From NCBI GenBank assembly GCA_014905635.1, contig JABVCE010000004.1, positions 62,001 to 126,000 on the forward strand: a stretch of 64,000 bases of DNA, in the 5' to 3' direction. Below the pieces are notes generated by a model. The model had not been told where the DNA came from. It made no database searches and worked only from the letters and a program-made list of their open reading frames with translations. Shown one piece after another: positions 49,991-62,322 of the stretch. The position numbers were made by a program, and so were the translations under genes. The DNA comes from Scenedesmus sp. PABB004. Taxonomy: Eukaryota. Numbering within the stretch: position 1 is the stretch's first letter; the number at the start of each line of letters is the position of its first letter.

Positions 49991-51946
49991 CAGGTGTCGA
50001 ACGCCGCACAGGCGGGCATGGCCGCGCACTTGCGCAGCGCTGCGAGGTAGTAGTAGTCGGCGTAGACCAGCCCCACGTCGATCTTGTCGTGGTCGGGCAG
50101 GTTGCCGGTCGCGTGCTTCAGCAGCGCCGCGTGCGGCTCGCCCGGGACGGCGAGGTACTTGGGCCCCGCGAGCGCGCGCAGCGTGTTGACCGCGGCGCAG
50201 AGGTACCGCGCGCCGCAGTCGCTCCCCGGCAGCGCCTCGGCGAGGTGCAGCAGCCCGAGCGCCGCGACCGCGGCCGCGGAGGTGTCGCGCGGGCCGTCGT
50301 TCGCGGGGTCGTACGGCGCGTTGAAGTCCCACAGCGGCACGTAGCTCCCCGCCGTGCCGCCGCCCTGCTCGTGCAGCAGGCCCAGCCAGCGGTCGGCGAC
50401 GCGGCGCGCGGTGTCCAAAAACTCGGGCAGGCCCGTGCTCGCATGCATGAGGGCAAAGCCCGCGACCGCCCAGCTCTGCCCGCGCGCCCAGGTGCTGTTG
50501 TCGGCGTAGCCCTGGTACGTGTAGCGCGCGTTGACGCCCCCCGTGTCTGGCTGGTACTCCACGATGTGGAACGTGCTGCCGTCGGGGCGCACGTGGTGCG
50601 CAGCGACCTGGCGCGCGCAGCGTGTGCGGCGGCGGCGTCGGCGGCGGCGGCAGCGGCGGCGGCGGCGGCGGCGCGGGCGAGCGCTGCTGCGCCAGGCAGC
50701 CCTGCCACCCCCCCCCCCCCCCCCCCCGCGCACCTGGCGCGCGTGCTCAATGGCCATGTCGAGCCAGTCGGCCGCGGGGTTGTCGTCGACCAGGTTGGCG
50801 TAGTGCGGCCACTCGGCGGCGTGGGCCGCGCCCCAGACGAGCATCTGGATGTTCAGCATGAAGTCTGGGGGCGAGGGTTTAGGGCGCAGGCCGCGCGGCG
50901 GGCGGGCGGGCGGGCGGGCGGCGTCGGCGGCGCGGCCGGGAGCTGCCCGCGCGGCTGCTGAGCTGCGCGCCGGCTCGCTCGGCTGCCCAGGGAGCCGCCG
51001 CTGCCGCCGACCAGGTTGGTCCGCCGCTGCGGGCGGGCCCGCTGCGCCGCCGCCCGCCGCTCACCGATGATGACGATCTGCTTGTAGCCCGCCGTCGCCT
51101 GGCGCGGCGCCCAGCCCTCAAACGTGCGCAGGCTGCGCGTGGCGGGGTTGAAGCTCCACGCCAGCGCCTCGGCCGCCGCGAGCGCCTGGCGCAGGTCGGA
51201 CTGGCTGCGCGTGACCTCGTAGCTCGCGGCAAAGCTGGGCATGTAGATGAACCCTGGCGGTGCAGCCGCGGAGGCGCGGCGGGGCGCGGGCGCGGGCGTG
51301 GGCGCACGTCAGCGCGAGCGCTGGCAGCGCTGGCAGCGGCGCGGCGCCCGCGCCATGCAGGGAGGCCGCGCGCACGCGCGCCGTCCAGACACGCACCAAA
51401 GTCGTGCTGCGCCATCCACAGGCGCTGCTTGTCCGCGAGCGCCGCCTGCCAGCGCTGCGCGGCGGCGGACCACATCTCCTTGCCCGTGAGCGCGTGGAGC
51501 TGCCAGAGCACGCCGGGCCAGAAGCCCGAGGTCCAGTGCCCGGGCGTCACCGTCACCCACGCGCCGGTTGCCGCGCTGGTCGCGACTGGGAACTGCGTCG
51601 GCGGCAGCGCCGCCAGCGTGGCCAGCGCCTGCTGCTCCGCCACGGCGGTCACGCGAGAGATGAGGGCGTCCATGCGCAGCGACGCGCCGGGGGCCAGCGC
51701 CGCGGGCGGCGCGCGCGGCGCGAGCGCGTCGTCGTACAGCGCTGCGCCGCCGCCGCCGGGCGCCGCGCCGGCGGCCACGGCGGCTCCCAGGGCAAAGGCC
51801 GACTCCGGAACGGGGCATGTGGTCTCGCAGGCCAGGCTGCAGGGCGCCGCGCTCACGCACTCGCCAGCCGCATGTGCGTGGATGGCGCCAACCAGGAGCG
51901 CCAGCAGCGCGCGGGCCGCGACGCGCCGGCCAGAGATGGCGTCCAT
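49990..51946 (-). CDS. Secreted glycoside hydrolase family 88 (unsaturated glucuronyl hydrolase); 4 exons
   Basis: WTSGFWPGVLW, HDFGFIY, VIIDFMLNI, RPDGSTFH, QGYADNSTWARGQSW, PLWDF, DTSAAA and YADYYY motifs, plus a signal peptide. Confidence 0.92.
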
Positions 51947-52905
51947 TTTGAGAGCTCCAGCTCGCAGCACGGCGGACTGGACGCGTGCGCCCGCGCGACG
52001 TGGCGGGCCAGGGTGGGCGCGCGCGCGGGCTGCGCCGCTTGCGTCTGGGAGGCGCGTTCCGCTCGTCGCGATGCGTCCCTGAGTTCGGCAAGCAGCACTG
52101 AGCACTGGAGTGAGCGCGGCTCCGAAAGAGCGAGGAAGAACAGGGAGGAGTGGCACCAGTGGTTGGGCAGTTGACTGGCACGCCGGCACTCCGTCGGCGG
52201 CGAGCCCTCCGTTGGCAAGGCTGCCGATCGGCCAGACAGCTGCTGCCGGACCCGTGCGATCGCTCCGGGCAGCAGCCCGCAGCCGCTGTGAGCCCACCTG
52301 GCAGCGGCTGCCGCTGTGTGACCGCAACGCGCGCCGTCGCCGCCGCTGTCGGCACCCGGCGCCGGCGCAGCTCGCCGCGCGCCACGGCTTGTCTGCCCAC
52401 ACGAAGTGCTTTCACGTGCTCCCCGACACTCCTGGCTGATCCTCGCACGCGCGAGCCGGCCGAGGTGGTTGCCGGTCCCGCTCCTCCGCGCGCGCCCGTC
52501 ACCTCCGGACCCTGCCGCGCGCCCCAGAGCTTTCGTGGCGCACTACCAGCGCGACCAAAGCCTCCGCAGACCCGCAGCCGCCGCCGAGCGCCCGCCGCAT
52601 CCCGGCTCTCGCCGCGCTCGGCTCTCGCCGCATCGAGCCCGGCGCACGCGCAGGTGGGTTCTGTGCAGTAAGCTAGTCACGACGCGCCACACCGCGCAGC
52701 CTCTGATCGCGTGCTGGCGCCGCGCCGGCCGGGCCTGGCCCCGCATGCGCGCGTCCGCCTGCCGGCGCGTCGCGGCGTCACAGCGTCGCGGGTGCGCGCC
52801 GAGGCCGGAGATGTGACCCTCAACGAACTCCCCGGCTGGGCTCGCCCCGCGCAGGAGCACCGCCGCGCCGCGCGCGCCGCCGGCGACGTGTGCAGCGCTG
52901 CTAGC

Positions 52906-55626
52906 ATGGCGGCCAAGGGCGCTGAGCTCGCGGTGGGCGCGCACGGAGGCATGCCGCCGCCGGAGGCCATTCCCACGCGCAAGCTGCTGCTCTCGCTGCT
53001 GGCAATCAGCCTGGGCACCGTGATCGAGTGTGCGTTGCCGCGCGCGGCACTGACCGTGCGCGCTGCGGCCGCGCGCCTCACCGCCGCCCTGCCCCGCCGC
53101 CGCCCGCGCGCCCGCTCTCCTCGTCGCGCCCAGGGTTTGACTACAGCGTGAGACGCCCGCGCGCGCGCCAGAGCCGCGCCGCGCCGCGCCGCGCCGCGCC
53201 CGCCGCCCGCGCGCCCGCGGCGGTCATCTTCGCACCTCCCCCGCCCAGCCGCCCGTCGCCCGCCCGCCCGGCCACGCACGCACCCTCTCAGGTCTACTCC
53301 CAGCTCTCCAAGGTGCTCGCGGTGGTCTTCTTCCCCAGCGGCAACCCCGCGGTGCAGGCGGTCTCCTTCTGGGGCCTCTTTGCCGGTCAGCTGCGGGCCG
53401 CAGGCGGCCGCGCCCAGCGGCTACGCGCGGCGAGGCCCGGCGGGCCGCGCGCCCGTGCGCCCGGTCGCCCGCGCGCTCACCCTCCGCCCTCCGCCCGCGC
53501 GCCGCGGCAGTGGGCTTCCTGTCGAGGCCGGTGGGCGCGATCTTGTTCGGCCACCTGGGCGACACCAAGGGCCGCGGCACGTGCCTCCTCGTCACCGTGC
53601 TGCTCATGGGTGCGCGGCGGCCGCGGCCGCGGCCGTGCCAGGCGGCAGCGGGCGACCCCGCCGCCGCACACGGCGCCGGGCCGGGCCTAGGCCGCGCGCG
53701 CGGGGTCAGGCCACCGCCGAGGCGTGCCGTGCCTGCTGCCGCGTCCCCCGCCGCCCCACAACCCAGGCATCCCCACGGTGCTCATCGGCTGCCTGCCCTC
53801 CTACGCGACCATCGGCATCGCCGCGCCCATCCTGCTGGCCGTGCTGCGCCTCGTGCAGGGCCTGGCCATGGGCGGAGAGGTGCGCGGCCCGCGCGGTCGC
53901 GCCACGCCGCCGCCGCCACTCTGTGCCTCGGTCCCACGCCGCCCGCCCCTGCTCGCCCACAGTTTGGCGCGGCGATGGTGTACCTGGTTGAGCTGGCCAA
54001 CCCGCGCTACAAGGCCCTCACCGGCAGCCTCGGCTACATCAGCCTCGGCAGCGGCGTCGTGCTGGGCATCCTGGTCGTCGCGGCGACCATGGCGGGCCTG
54101 TCCGAGGGTGAGCGGGCAGTGGCGGCGGGCGTGGCGGTGGGCGCGGCGGTGGGCGCGGCGGCGGGCGCACGAGCGCGGGCTGCGTGCCCCCTCCCCCTGC
54201 CTCCCTTCACTTCAGCACGCCGCGGCCCGCCCGACGCCGCGGCCGCAGAGGCGCTGCTGGCGTGGGGGTGGCGCGTGCCGTTCCTGCTGTCGGTCATCAC
54301 CCTCGCCGTGGCGGCCATCCTGCGGTGCGGCGGCGGCGGCGCCCGCTGCCCACTGCCCCTGCGCCCACTCGACGGTCGGTCGGGCGCGGCGGGCCTGAAC
54401 CCTGCCGCCTCAAGCCCTGACCCTCGCCCGTCCCTCCGCACCCCCCCCCCCCCTTGTCGTCCTCTCGCAGCTACAACATGCCCGAGTCCAGCGAGTTCAC
54501 CGCCAGCAGGGAGGCGCTCGAGGACGAGGTCGCCGCGCGCTCCGCCGCCGCGCAGCACGCGCAGCACGGCGCGCCCGCGCCCGCGGCGGGCGAGGCCGAC
54601 GCGGCCGTCGCGATCTCCGACGACGTCGAGGGCGGCGCCGCCGCCGCGTCTGGCGCGGGCCGGCACTACGTGCCCGTGCTGGAGCTGTTCCGGGGCTACT
54701 GGGCGGGCCTCGCCCTGCACGCCCTCTACGGCACCTGTGAGCGACGCGCGGCGCGCGCGCGCGCGCCGGCACGCTGGCGCGCAGGCCAACAGGTCAACAG
54801 GCCCCCGGCCCGCTCCCGGCCCGCTGGCGCCGTGCTGGCGCTGGCGCTGACCCCGTCCCCCCGCCAACCCTGTCCCTCCGCCTCCGCCTCCGCCCCGCCC
54901 CCTCAGGGATCTCCGCCTCGTTCCTCATCGGCTACAGCTGGCTGCCGAGCTACCTGGTCAAGCACGGCGGCATCCCCACGCGCCTCACGCTGTGGATGGT
55001 GCTCAGCTGCATGCTGCTCTTCACCGGCATGGTCCCCCTCGCCGGCCTCGCGTCCGACCGCGGCCTGCCGCGCCTGACCACCACCATCGCCCTCGCGCTC
55101 GCCTCGGCCGGCGCGGCGGTGCCGATGTTCATGGGCTTTGCCAGCGGCAGCCTCGCGCTCGCGTGGGTGCTGCAGGCCGCGCTGCTCGCGATGAGCGGCT
55201 TTGCCATGGGCATGCTGCCCGCCGTCGTGGCGGCAATCTACCCCGCCGGCGTGCGCATCAGCGGCTGCAACCTCGGCGTCAACCTCAGTGAGCATCGACG
55301 CGCGCGGGGGCGCGCCCTCAACCCGCCCCGCCCCGCGGCGGCGCGGGCGGCGCGCGCGCGGTGCCGGCGCGGCCGACAGGCCCGCGCAGCGAGCCTCGCG
55401 CTGCCGCCGCCGCCGCGCCTCCCTCACGCGCGCCGCGCGCGCGCCGCGCTCGCGCGCAGGCTCCACCTTTGGCGGCGTGTGCCCCCTCATCATCACCGCG
55501 GTGCAGGCCGCGACCGGCAGCGTCGTGCACGGCCCCGGCATCGTCCTCGCCGCGACCGGGCTCATCACCGCCGTCGCGTCGGCGGTGCTCATGCGGCACT
55601 GTCCCGCCGCCAACAAGGCGCGCTGA
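52906..55626 (+). CDS. MFS transporter, metabolite:H+ symporter (ProP/KgtP/ShiA-like); 10 exons including a 14-nt microexon at 53134-53147
   Basis: GTVIEWFDYSVY, FFP, GFLSRPVGAILFGHLGDTKGR, LPSYATIG, LRLVQGLAMGGEFG, WGWRVPFLL and MPES motifs. Confidence 0.92.
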
Positions 55627-55852
55627 GGCGCGCGAGCTTTTGAGGGGGTGCGCGCGCGTGGGGGGCGGCGTGCGAGGGGTTGCAAACCCAACCTGTAGTA
55701 GCAAGGCAGTCTCACACACACACACAACGCATGCTGGCGTGGTGTGGGTTCGTCTGGGCCGAGGCTGGGCGGCGGCTGGCCGGCGCGCGGCTGCTGCGAG
55801 AGGCACGCTGCGCGCGCGCGCGCGCGCGGGGGTGTTGACGCCGGCGGAGTTG

Positions 55853-55857
55853 TGTAA
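55853..55857 (+). promoter_or_regulatory. TGTAA poly(A) signal (MFS gene)
   Basis: About 230 nt past the stop. Confidence 0.6.
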
Positions 55858-55984
55858 GCCCTGCCGCGTCTTGCGTGCGTGCCGCGGTCAGCTCGCGAGC
55901 TCGGGAGCTGATCGGGGCTCGAGCCCCGACGGGCTGACCAGCTGCCGCCAACTGACCGCATGGGAGGGTCAAGGCTCGCTCGTA

Positions 55985-55989
55985 TTACA
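55985..55989 (-). promoter_or_regulatory. TGTAA poly(A) signal (aldolase gene)
   Basis: TTACA about 85 nt past the stop at 56075. Confidence 0.6.
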
Positions 55990-56074
55990 ACGCGCCGCTC
56001 AACAGCAAGCGATGGCCTCGCGAGGCCTCGCGGCCCGCAATTGGCCGCCGCCCATGCCCACGGCGCGCGCGCGC

Positions 56075-57794
56075 TCACACCGCGTGCTCCGCGGCGCTCG
56101 CCTCGGCCGCCGGCGGCGGCGCGGGCTTGAGGCGGCCCTGCACGCCCGCGGTGTAGGCCATCATGGCCCCCAGGTCGGTGTCGTACGCGACGTTGCGGAA
56201 CCCCCGCCCGCCCAGCTCCGCCGCGCGGTCCTCGCCGAGGCAGAACACGCCGGGCGTGATGCCGTGCCGGTCGCACGCCTGCGCGCGCGCGCGCGGGCGG
56301 GGCGCGCCGCGCGCGTCGGCGGCCGCCGCGCCGCGGGGAGCCGCGTGCCGCGCATCCCTGCCGCGCTGCGCTGCGCCACAGGCTCTATCTATTCGCCGCG
56401 CCTGCAGGACGGCGTCGTAGACGTGTGCGAGGTCCTTGCTCGCGATCATGGCCCCGATGTCGCAGCCGTGCTTCACGTGCAGCCCGTACGTGATGCCCAG
56501 GTCGCAGGGGCCTGGGGGCCACAGGGGTTGAGGTCGACGCGCGCGGCGGCGGCGGCGGCGAGGCCCGTGCGGCGCAGCGCGCAGCAGGCGGCGCCCAGCC
56601 CCCGGCGGGCGGGCTGCGGCGCGGCGCCGGCGCGCGCACCCAGGAAGGCGCTGGTGATGCCGGGCACGCTGAGTATGTCATCCATGGCCTCAAAGCACGA
56701 CCGCGTCTCCACCTGCGCAGCACGCACGCACACGCACAGCACGCCGGCAGCAGCGGCCCCAGCGGCGCGTCAGCGTGCCCCGCAGGCGGGGCGGCGCGGC
56801 CCTGGGCGGTGCGTGGGCCCTGGCGGTGCAGTCAGACTCGCACCTGCAGCCAGACCTCGACCTCGGAGTTGGCCTCGCGCAGGTAGCGCGACAGGCCCGG
56901 CCCGCCCACGCCCTTGTGGTACACCGCCCTGGGCGCGGGCAGGGCGGCGGCGGCGGCGGCGGGGCGTCGGCGGGGCGTCGGCGGGCCGCGCGAGCCTGGC
57001 CCCACGCGGGCCTGCTGGCGCCGCGCCAAGCTGCACGCGCGCGCGGCGCGCCCAGGCTGTGGCGCCGCGGTGCCCCGCACCGCACGGGGTAGGCCACGCT
57101 GCGCTGGCCCTGGGGGGAAAGAGGCAGTAGCTCACCGCCTCCTCCGCGTCGGCGCGGCTGTTGACCAGCGGGACCATGATGCCGTGCGCGCCCAGGCTGC
57201 GCGCGCAGCGGCGGGCCGGCGTGGGCGGCAGGCGCGGGCGCGGCGCGGGCGGCAGGCGCGGGCGTGGGCGCGGGCGCTGGCGCGGTGAAGCGCGGGCGCG
57301 GGCGGCGCGCGGCGGCGCGGCGGGCGGCGCAGGGCGCACTCGAGGGCCTGCTGGATGCCGAAGCGGTCGTTGGGGCCGCCCACGCGCACGATGACGCGCA
57401 CGGCGTGGCTGGAGCAGGCGGCGATCATGTTGCCCAGCACCTCGTACGTCACCGCGCCGTGCTGGGCGTCGATGCAGAGCCAGTCAACGCCCGACGCCGC
57501 GACCGCCTCGGCGATCGCGGGCGAGCCGGAGGCGACCATGATGCCGTAGTCGGTGCCGCCAGACGGCGGCGCGCGCGCCGCGGCCTCGCCGGTCGGCGCC
57601 TGGGGCGCGGCGCGGCGCGGGCCGGCGCGCCTCAGCGGCGCGCGCGCGCGCGCCGCCGGCGGGGGCGCGCCCCGCGGCGCGCCGCGCGCCGCCCGCAGCA
57701 GCTGCCGCGGGCGGCGCGGCGCAGCGGGTCAGTCCTTCACGCCAGGGGGGCCTGCCGTCCCACGGCGAGGGGCGCGCAGCCCGCGGCTCACCAT
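56075..57794 (-). CDS. HpcH/HpaI-family (GarL/YfaU-like) class II pyruvate aldolase; first coding exon is ATG only; apparent 1-nt frameshift at 57112-57117
   Basis: GVDWLCIDAQHG, IVRV, ALDLGAHGIMVPLVNS, LQVET and FLGPCDL motifs. The Arg/Ala-rich N-terminus is transit-peptide-like. Confidence 0.88.
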
Positions 57795-58247
57795 GGCCGC
57801 AGGGCGGCGGCGCGGGCGACGGGGCGGTGCGGGCGGCGGCGAGGCGCGGGCTCCTGCGGGCGGCGGCGGCGCGGCGCGGCTCGGTTCACGGCCCCCGGGA
57901 TCGATCGAGCCACGACGCCGGACCTACGGCCGCCAGTCAGGCCCCGCGCGGCCGCGCGCTCGCCTGCTCTCACGCCGGCTGGCTCCGCGCGCTGGGTGTA
58001 CGTGGGCTGGCGCAGCGTGGGCGAGGGCGTCCAGACGCAGGGGAGACGCATGTCGCGCGCAGCTCCGGGCCGCGTGCGCGTCGGAGCGGCGCGCCAGCCC
58101 AACAGTCGCCCGGCCGAGAGCCCCAGCCGCGCCACCGGCCGGCCGCGCGGGCCCGGGCGCGTCGCGTGCGCGGCCCCACCCCACTCCGCCGCGTTCCGAC
58201 CAGCCGCTGCCGCACGCCACCCCCGCAGCCCGCGACAGCGCGCCAGA

Positions 58248-60454
58248 ATGACCATCGCCGCCGTCCCCGCGCGCCCCCTGGGCAGCCAAGGCCTGGTGGC
58301 GTCAGCCCAGGGGCTGGGCTGCATGGGAATGACCTACAGCTACACCACCAAGGCCGGCTGGGGCGGCGACGAGGAGAGCGTGGCCACCATCCACCGCGCC
58401 CTCGACCTGGGCGTGACCATGCTGGACACCAGCGACATCTACGGCCCCTTCACCAACGAGGAGCTCGTCGGTGAGCGCCCCGGGGGCCAGCGCCGCGCGG
58501 GCGGGGGTGGTTGGCGCGGGCGGTGGGCGGCAAGGCGCCCCGCGGGCCCCCCGGCGCGCGCCCGCCCTGGCAGCGCGCTGCACCAGCTCCACCGGGACGC
58601 GCGCTGTCGATCCGGGCAGCTCCAGCAGCGCCAGGTGGCCGCCGGGCGCAGCGACGCCGCTGCCAGCGGCGCTCACTCTTGCCGCGCCCGCCCGCCAGGC
58701 AAGGCCATCGCGGGGCGGCGCGAGCGCTTCGTGGTCGCCACCAAGTGCGGCATCGTGAAGACGGACAGCGGGCTGGTGTTTGACGGCAGCCGCGCGCACG
58801 TGCGCGCCGCGTGCGAGGCGAGCCTGCGCCGCCTGGGCACCGACTACATCGACCTGTTCTACCTCCACAGGCGCGGCACGCGCAGCACGCACAGCACGCG
58901 GCACACGACAGCGTCGGCGGCAGGGGCCCGCACAGCACAAGCAGCACAGATGCGGGGGAGCGGCAGGGGGCGGGGGCGTCACCCCGTGGGCGGGACCGTG
59001 ACCGCCGCCGCGCCGCCCCGGCGCCGCCGCGGCGCGCAGGGTGGACCCCAACACGCCCGTGGCGGAGACGTTTGCCGAGATGGCCGCACTCGTCGCGGAG
59101 GGCAAGGTGCGCTACGTCGGCATCAGCGAGGCCGCGCCCGAGGACATCCGCGCCGCGCACGCGGTCTGCCCCCTGTCCGCGGTGCAGATGGAGTGGAGCC
59201 TCTGGAGCAGGTGCGGCGGCGCGCGGCGCCGGGCGGGCGGGCGCGCGGCGCCGCGCGGGCGCGCGCGTGGCGCCGGGCGGGCGCGCGCCGCGCCGCCCGC
59301 CGCCGACCGCGCCGCCGACGCCGACCCCGCCGCCGCGCCCGCCGCCGCGCCCGCCCGCGCCCCCTGCCGCCAGGGACTCTGAGCGCGACCTCGTGCCCGT
59401 GTGCCGCGAGCTCGGCATCGGCATCGTCGCGTACAGCCCCCTCGGTGCGCCCCCGCCGCCGCCGCCACTGGCCAGCTCACACGCCCCGCCCCGCCGTCCA
59501 GCGCCTCACACCCCCCCCCCCCCACACACACACACTCCCCCGTGCCCCCGCTCGCCTCCCTCCCTCCCTCGCCGCCGCCGGCCAGGCCGCGGGTTCCTGT
59601 CCGGCAGCATCACGCGCATCGAAGACCTGCCGGAGGACGACAGCCGGCGCAACTATCCCCGCTACCAGGGCGAGGCCTTCGCCAAGGCGCGTCGCGGGGC
59701 GGCGCAGGGGGCGCTCTGCGGGGGGCGGGCCAGGGGGCGGCGTGACGGGAGGGCGGGGGCGGCGCGACGGGCGGAGGGCTCAGCGGAGAGAGGGCGCACG
59801 GGAGCGACGCGGCGGCGCGGCGGGGAGCCCACGCCCGCGCGCCCACGCCCCCGCGCCGCGCCGCGCAGAACCTGGAGCTGGTCAACGCGGTCAAGGCCAT
59901 GGCGGCCCGCAAGGGCTGCACCGCGGGCCAGCTCGCGCTCGCGTGGGTCGCGGCGCAGGGCGACGACGTGTTCACCATCCCCGGCACCAAGCGCGTCAAG
60001 TGCGGCCCGGCGCGCCCGCGGCTGAGTGTTCTACATGCGCAGGGCGCCGCGCGGCCGCCGCGCGTCATGGCGCCGCGCGCCCCGACGCCCGCCCCGCGCC
60101 CCCGCCCCGCCCGCTCACGTGTGCCGCAGGTACCTGGAGGAGAACGTGGGCGCGGTGGGCGTGAGCCTCAGCGCCGACGAGCTGCGCGAGCTGGAGGAGA
60201 TCTGCCCCGCCGACAAGGCGCGCCGCTGCGCACGGCGCGGGGCGCTGCCGCGCGCGGCGCGCCCCGCTCCCCGCGCCCTCGCCCTTGGCGCCTGCGCCCC
60301 GAGCGTCTCAGGCGCCTCCAGCCCTCGGCCCCGTGCCTAAACCCTGCCGCCCGCGGGCCCATGCTCAACCCCGCAGGTCGTGGGCGAGCGCTACCCCGAC
60401 ATGAAGAAGTTTTCCTACCACTACGCCCGCCCCCTCTCCGCGGCGGAGCTGTGA
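58248..60454 (+). CDS. Aldo-keto reductase (plant/bacterial AKR13-like); 8 exons
   Basis: [55 protein letters not shown] and IPGT motifs. GC donors at 58871, 59687 and 60218. Confidence 0.95.
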
Positions 60455-60595
60455 GCCAGCAGCCCGAGGGGCCGCGAGGCCTCGGCGCGACGCCCGCCCC
60501 CTCTCCGCGGCGGAGCTGTGAGCGTACGCCCGCCCCCCTCTCCGCGGCGGAGCTGTGAGCGTACGCCCGCCCCCCTCTCCGCGGCGGAGCTGTGA
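60422..60595 (+). repeat. Four copies of the AKR terminal ~33-37 nt, including the stop codon
   Basis: acgcccgccccc(c)tctccgcggcggagctgtgag at ~60423, ~60490, ~60526 and ~60563. Confidence 0.9.
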
Positions 60596-61005
60596 GGCCC
60601 ACGGCGCGCTTCGCCGCGAGGCGCGGCGCGCTGCGGCGCCCCGAATGAGGAGGACGGTCACGGGGCTGCGAGGCGCGCGCCAGGCTGACCATGTGGATGC
60701 ATGCGCGCGGCCGCTGAGACACACGGCCGTTGGGGCGAGCGCGCCGGCTGCATGGTGGTGCAAGCTGCCTGCGCAGGCAGCGGCGGCGAGCTGGGGGCAC
60801 CAACCGGCGGGGTTGGGTGCAAGCAACGTTGCAACTCGTGACACTGTCACTCGCGGCGCGCTGGTGATCATAGCGCCGCCGCGCCCTCGCGCGCCGAATC
60901 GGCGCCTCGGACGGCCACTCCCGCCGCCCGGCTGGTGGTACACAGCGCCCCACGGTGCTCCCTGCCGCCGCCCCACTCCCCCGGGGGCCGCAGCGCGCTG
61001 GGGCC

Positions 61006-62322
61006 TCACGCGTCGCTCTCGTCGATGCCGCAGCGCAGGTTGGCCGGCACGGCGCGGTCGATCTGCTTCGGATAGGGCAGGCCCAGGCCGGCCATGATGG
61101 CCACAAACTCAGCACGCGACTTGGTCAGGCGCGGGTTGTGCGCGCGCTCCTCGCCGATGCTGCTCGCGGTGCGACCCTTGTAGTCGTGCGCCGGGTACAC
61201 CAGCGTGTCGGGCGGCAGCGAGAACAGGCGGCCGTGCACCGAGTCGTACAGCTGCCCAGCGTCGCCTGCGGCCCGCCAGACGCAGGCCAGGCGCGGCAGC
61301 GGCACCGGGGTTGAGAGCGCGCGCGGCGCGCGCACGACGGCGCGCAGGAACCCTGCGCCCGCCTAGGGGCCACGGAGGCACGTGCGAGGCGGCGCTCGGC
61401 TCGGCGGCGCGCGCGGTGCGGCGCGCACCCTGCTGGAAGTCTGTGCGGCCGCAGCCGCGGATGAGCAGCGCGTCGCCGGTGAAGACCAGGCCGGCGGCCT
61501 CGCCGCGGCGGGGCAGGTGGAAGGAGAGGCAGCCGCTCGTGTGGCCGGGCGTCGCGATCACCTCGAGGCGGTGCCCGCCAAAGCTGATGGCGTCGCCGTG
61601 CGCCAGCTTGATGTCCGCCGCAGCGCCGCTCGCGGCCGCGATGCTGCTGCGGACGCCGGGCACCAGCGCCTGCGGTGCGCGGCGGTGCGAGTGTGCGCGC
61701 GGTTTGCGGCACAGGGGCGGCGCCGCGCTCTTAGCGCGCCACGGCTGCGCGGCCCACACCTTGATCTTGCCGCTGCCGGTGACGTGGTCGGCGTGGCAGT
61801 GGGTGTTGATGGCCTGAACCAGCTTCAGCCCCAGCTCGTCAACGATCTGCAGGTCGCGCTCCACCTGCGCGCGGCCGCGGTGCCGCAGCGTGCGGCGTCG
61901 CCCACGCACGCCAGGGCGCGCGCAGGCCCCCTCGTGGCCGGCGCCGGGCGCCGCGCAGGGCGCGCCTGCTCCAGCACGGGGTCGATGAGCACCGCCTCCT
62001 TGGTGTCACCGTCGGCGAGCAGGTAGGTGTGCGTGCTGCTCGCGGCGTCAAAGAGCTGCCGGAACACCAGCGGGCCCGGCGACTGCGCCGGCGCTGCGCG
62101 CGGAGGCGCAGGGCGCGGTTGCGGCAACGGCGCACACCCGGTCAGAGCTTCTGCCGCTCCCGGAGCAGCCGGCAGGCTGCGCCGGCGCCGCCCGGGGCCG
62201 CAACCGCCGCTGCTGTTGCCGCGCCGCCGCTGCCGCTGCTGCGAGCGCGCAGGAGCTGCGACGAGCTCCGCCCGCGCTCGAGCTGCTGGCTCGAGCTCGA
62301 CACTGTCAGCTGACGTCCGCAT
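61006..62322 (-). CDS. ETHE1: Persulfide dioxygenase ETHE1, copy A (5' end uncertain)
   Basis: [59 protein letters not shown] and AVPANLRCG motifs. Confidence 0.88.

Noticed and set aside
50875..50884. Telomere-like TTTAGGG/CCCTAAA motifs (also ~25252, ~46171, ~60337)
   Set aside because: These are single copies, mostly at intron branch-point positions (CTAAAC-like), not arrays.
60422..60595. Possible CRISPR-like array (~35-nt repeats with an internal palindrome)
   Set aside because: Only one spacer-like gap is present, the other units are directly tandem, the repeat is the AKR coding end, no cas genes are seen, and the context is eukaryotic.
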